From assembly GCA_021208605.1 (NCBI GenBank), contig JAJOJK010000003.1, positions 73,481-137,480 on the forward strand: a DNA stretch of 64,000 nt, read 5' to 3'. Origin of the DNA: Candidatus Woesebacteria bacterium. GTDB taxonomy: Bacteria > Patescibacteriota > Microgenomatia > UBA1400 > UBA1396. Position numbers and translations under genes: made by a program. The notes beneath the pieces are model-generated. The model was not told the DNA's origin. It was given only the letters and a program-made list of their open reading frames with translations, and did no database searches. This document shows positions 62,800-64,000 of this stretch, one piece after another (position 1 is the stretch's first letter; each line of letters opens with the position of its first letter).

Positions 62800-62890
62800 G
62801 TATTTAAGGTTACCTTTCGTTTTAGTTTTCCCTGGCAGGGTTACCTTAAGGTAACCTGCCAGAGGTAGTTGCGGAGGAAGGTTACCTTCT
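62800..62890. repeat. Array of four GGTTACC/GGTAACC-core motifs plus an inverted-repeat arm (ccagaggtagttgc)
   Basis: Motifs at 62808-14, 62839-45, 62850-56, 62880-86. 62845-62878 is the reverse complement of 56661-56693. Confidence 0.6.
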
Positions 62891-62902
62891 TACGCATTCG
62901 TG

Positions 62903-64000
62903 CTAGTTAATAATCCACCAATTAAAACTCACATCCTCCGCCACCGCGCCGTCCAGATTAACCTCGAAGTAGCCTTCGTTTTCTTCAGTTTCTGGATTCT
63001 CACCGGATTTGGCACCGACGTATAAGACTTGGTTTTGGGTGGAGCTGGTTGGTGTCAGGTAAATCAGAGACTCATTGGAAATAACCGTGTTGCGGACGAA
63101 GAACTTCGTCTGGCCGGCTTTGATGGTACCGGTGCCGGTGGTGGAGTTGGTGACTATGGAAGTGGAGATTTCTTCATCGGTGGATTTGGCTTCTTCGGCG
63201 GCGATTACCAGGCGGCGGAAGCGAGAGGATCCGGTGGCGGAGAAGGCGGCGATTTCTTGGTTGTCGATACCGCGCAAGACGAACTCACTTGGGGTGATTT
63301 CTGATTGCTCTTCGTCGTTTTCGTTGACTGAAGTATTCAAGCTATTGGCGCTCGCCAGTTGGACTTCGAGGTTATTGTTTGGTAACGGCTGGAGGAGTGA
63401 GGCGAAGAGCGATTGCTCGGCGACAGTTTCACCGGCGAGTGTGGTGCGGCCGGTAATGATGACGTCGCGGTTGATCTCAACGCCGCCGTTTTCGGAGATG
63501 ACTACGGCGTCGGCCATGAGGGAAAGTCGACCGGTGCCCGTGGATTGAATGGCGAATGTATCTGGAGTAAAGGCAAGTTCGGAACCTGACAGGCTTGTAC
63601 CGTTCACCAAGAGAGCGCTGTTCAAGGAAAGGCTTTGGGCGGTGAGGATGCCGTCAATATTGACGTCCATGGCAATGTTCCAGGCGGCCGAGCTGGTGGC
63701 TGGGGTTGGCGTGGGCGAGACGGTGCCGAACGCATCGCTGGCAGAAGGTTGAGTGGCTGGAGCGGTTTCCTCAAGCAGAGAAGCGATGAGTGATTTGAGT
63801 TCATCATTTTCGGGGACAGAAACTTCCGCTGATTGCGTGGCGAGAGTGTCGCGTTCGCGGGAAACGATGTTCCGCACGCGGTCTTCCAGTCCAGAGATGC
63901 TGTCGCTAGAAATTGAGCCTTCAATACGGTTGGCGTAGAGGGTGCCAGAGATAGAGGCGTCGTTGCTGGCGAGTTGTTCGAAGCGGGCGGATTGCGCGGT
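62903..64000 (-). CDS. Hypothetical S/T-rich secreted or surface protein; N-terminus lies beyond the window end
   Basis: The ORF track shows 62903..63877 from a GTG, but the same frame stays open to position 64000 (…TAQSARFEQLASNDASISGTLYANRIEGSISSDSISGLEDRVRNIV...). Confidence 0.45.
   Translation of the reverse strand, partial: TAQSARFEQLASNDASISGTLYANRIEGSISSDSISGLEDRVRNIVSRERDTLATQSAEVSVPENDELKSLIASLLEETAPATQPSASDAFGTVSPTPTPATSSAAWNIAMDVNIDGILTAQSLSLNSALLVNGTSLSGSELAFTPDTFAIQSTGTGRLSLMADAVVISENGGVEINRDVIITGRTTLAGETVAEQSLFASLLQPLPNNNLEVQLASANSLNTSVNENDEEQSEITPSEFVLRGIDNQEIAAFSATGSSRFRRLVIAAEEAKSTDEEISTSIVTNSTTGTGTIKAGQTKFFVRNTVISNESLIYLTPTSSTQNQVLYVGAKSGENPETEENEGYFEVNLDGAVAEDVSFNWWIIN

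Overview
The window looks like a contiguous chromosomal segment from a small-genome bacterium, probably a CPR/Patescibacteria-like lineage. Supporting points are a short YidC, several tRNAs with no encoded CCA, a 16S that diverges at universal primer sites, type IV pilins plus a sortase-type surface protein, and the standard genetic code (TGA, TAA and TAG all terminate genes). It spans the replication origin. The core run is dnaA, a DnaA-box cluster with an AT-rich unwinding element, dnaN, then rpmH, rnpA, yidC and jag on the same strand. Housekeeping genes follow: rnhA, valS, a class A PBP, nrdR and nrdJ, mnmA, rpsA, radA, rho, an M23/LysM peptidase and obg.

The most unusual feature is the rRNA locus. 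The 16S gene and the 23S-5S genes are about 3.9 kb apart. A rho-independent terminator sits right after the 16S, and a sigma70-like promoter sits ahead of the 23S. The spacer carries tRNA-Ile(GAT), an IS200-like tyrosine transposase (RAYT-like) flanked by copies of a ~27-bp REP-like repeat, a tRNA-Ala(UGC) on the opposite strand, an HD-domain gene, and a 563-aa Cys-rich, Pro/Thr-rich surface protein with an LPVAG anchor signal.

A second notable region is a ~6.2-kb module with two more tRNA-Ala genes, three tandem type IV pilin genes and a Wzy_C/TPR membrane protein that may be an O-oligosaccharyltransferase. Arrays of a GGTTACC-core motif and a ~33-nt inverted repeat bracket this module.

Three conserved genes (yidC, nrdR, nrdJ) each contain a single-nucleotide frame break. 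These are most simply explained as indel errors in the assembly. I also see two tandem NrdR boxes, a 38-bp perfect palindrome in the valS/exonuclease divergent region, ~52-bp tandem repeats upstream of the PBP gene, an HNH-like ORF between dnaA and dnaN, and several low-GC islets of hypothetical genes. No CRISPR array was found. All calls come from reading the sequence and from recalled family motifs; no database search was possible.
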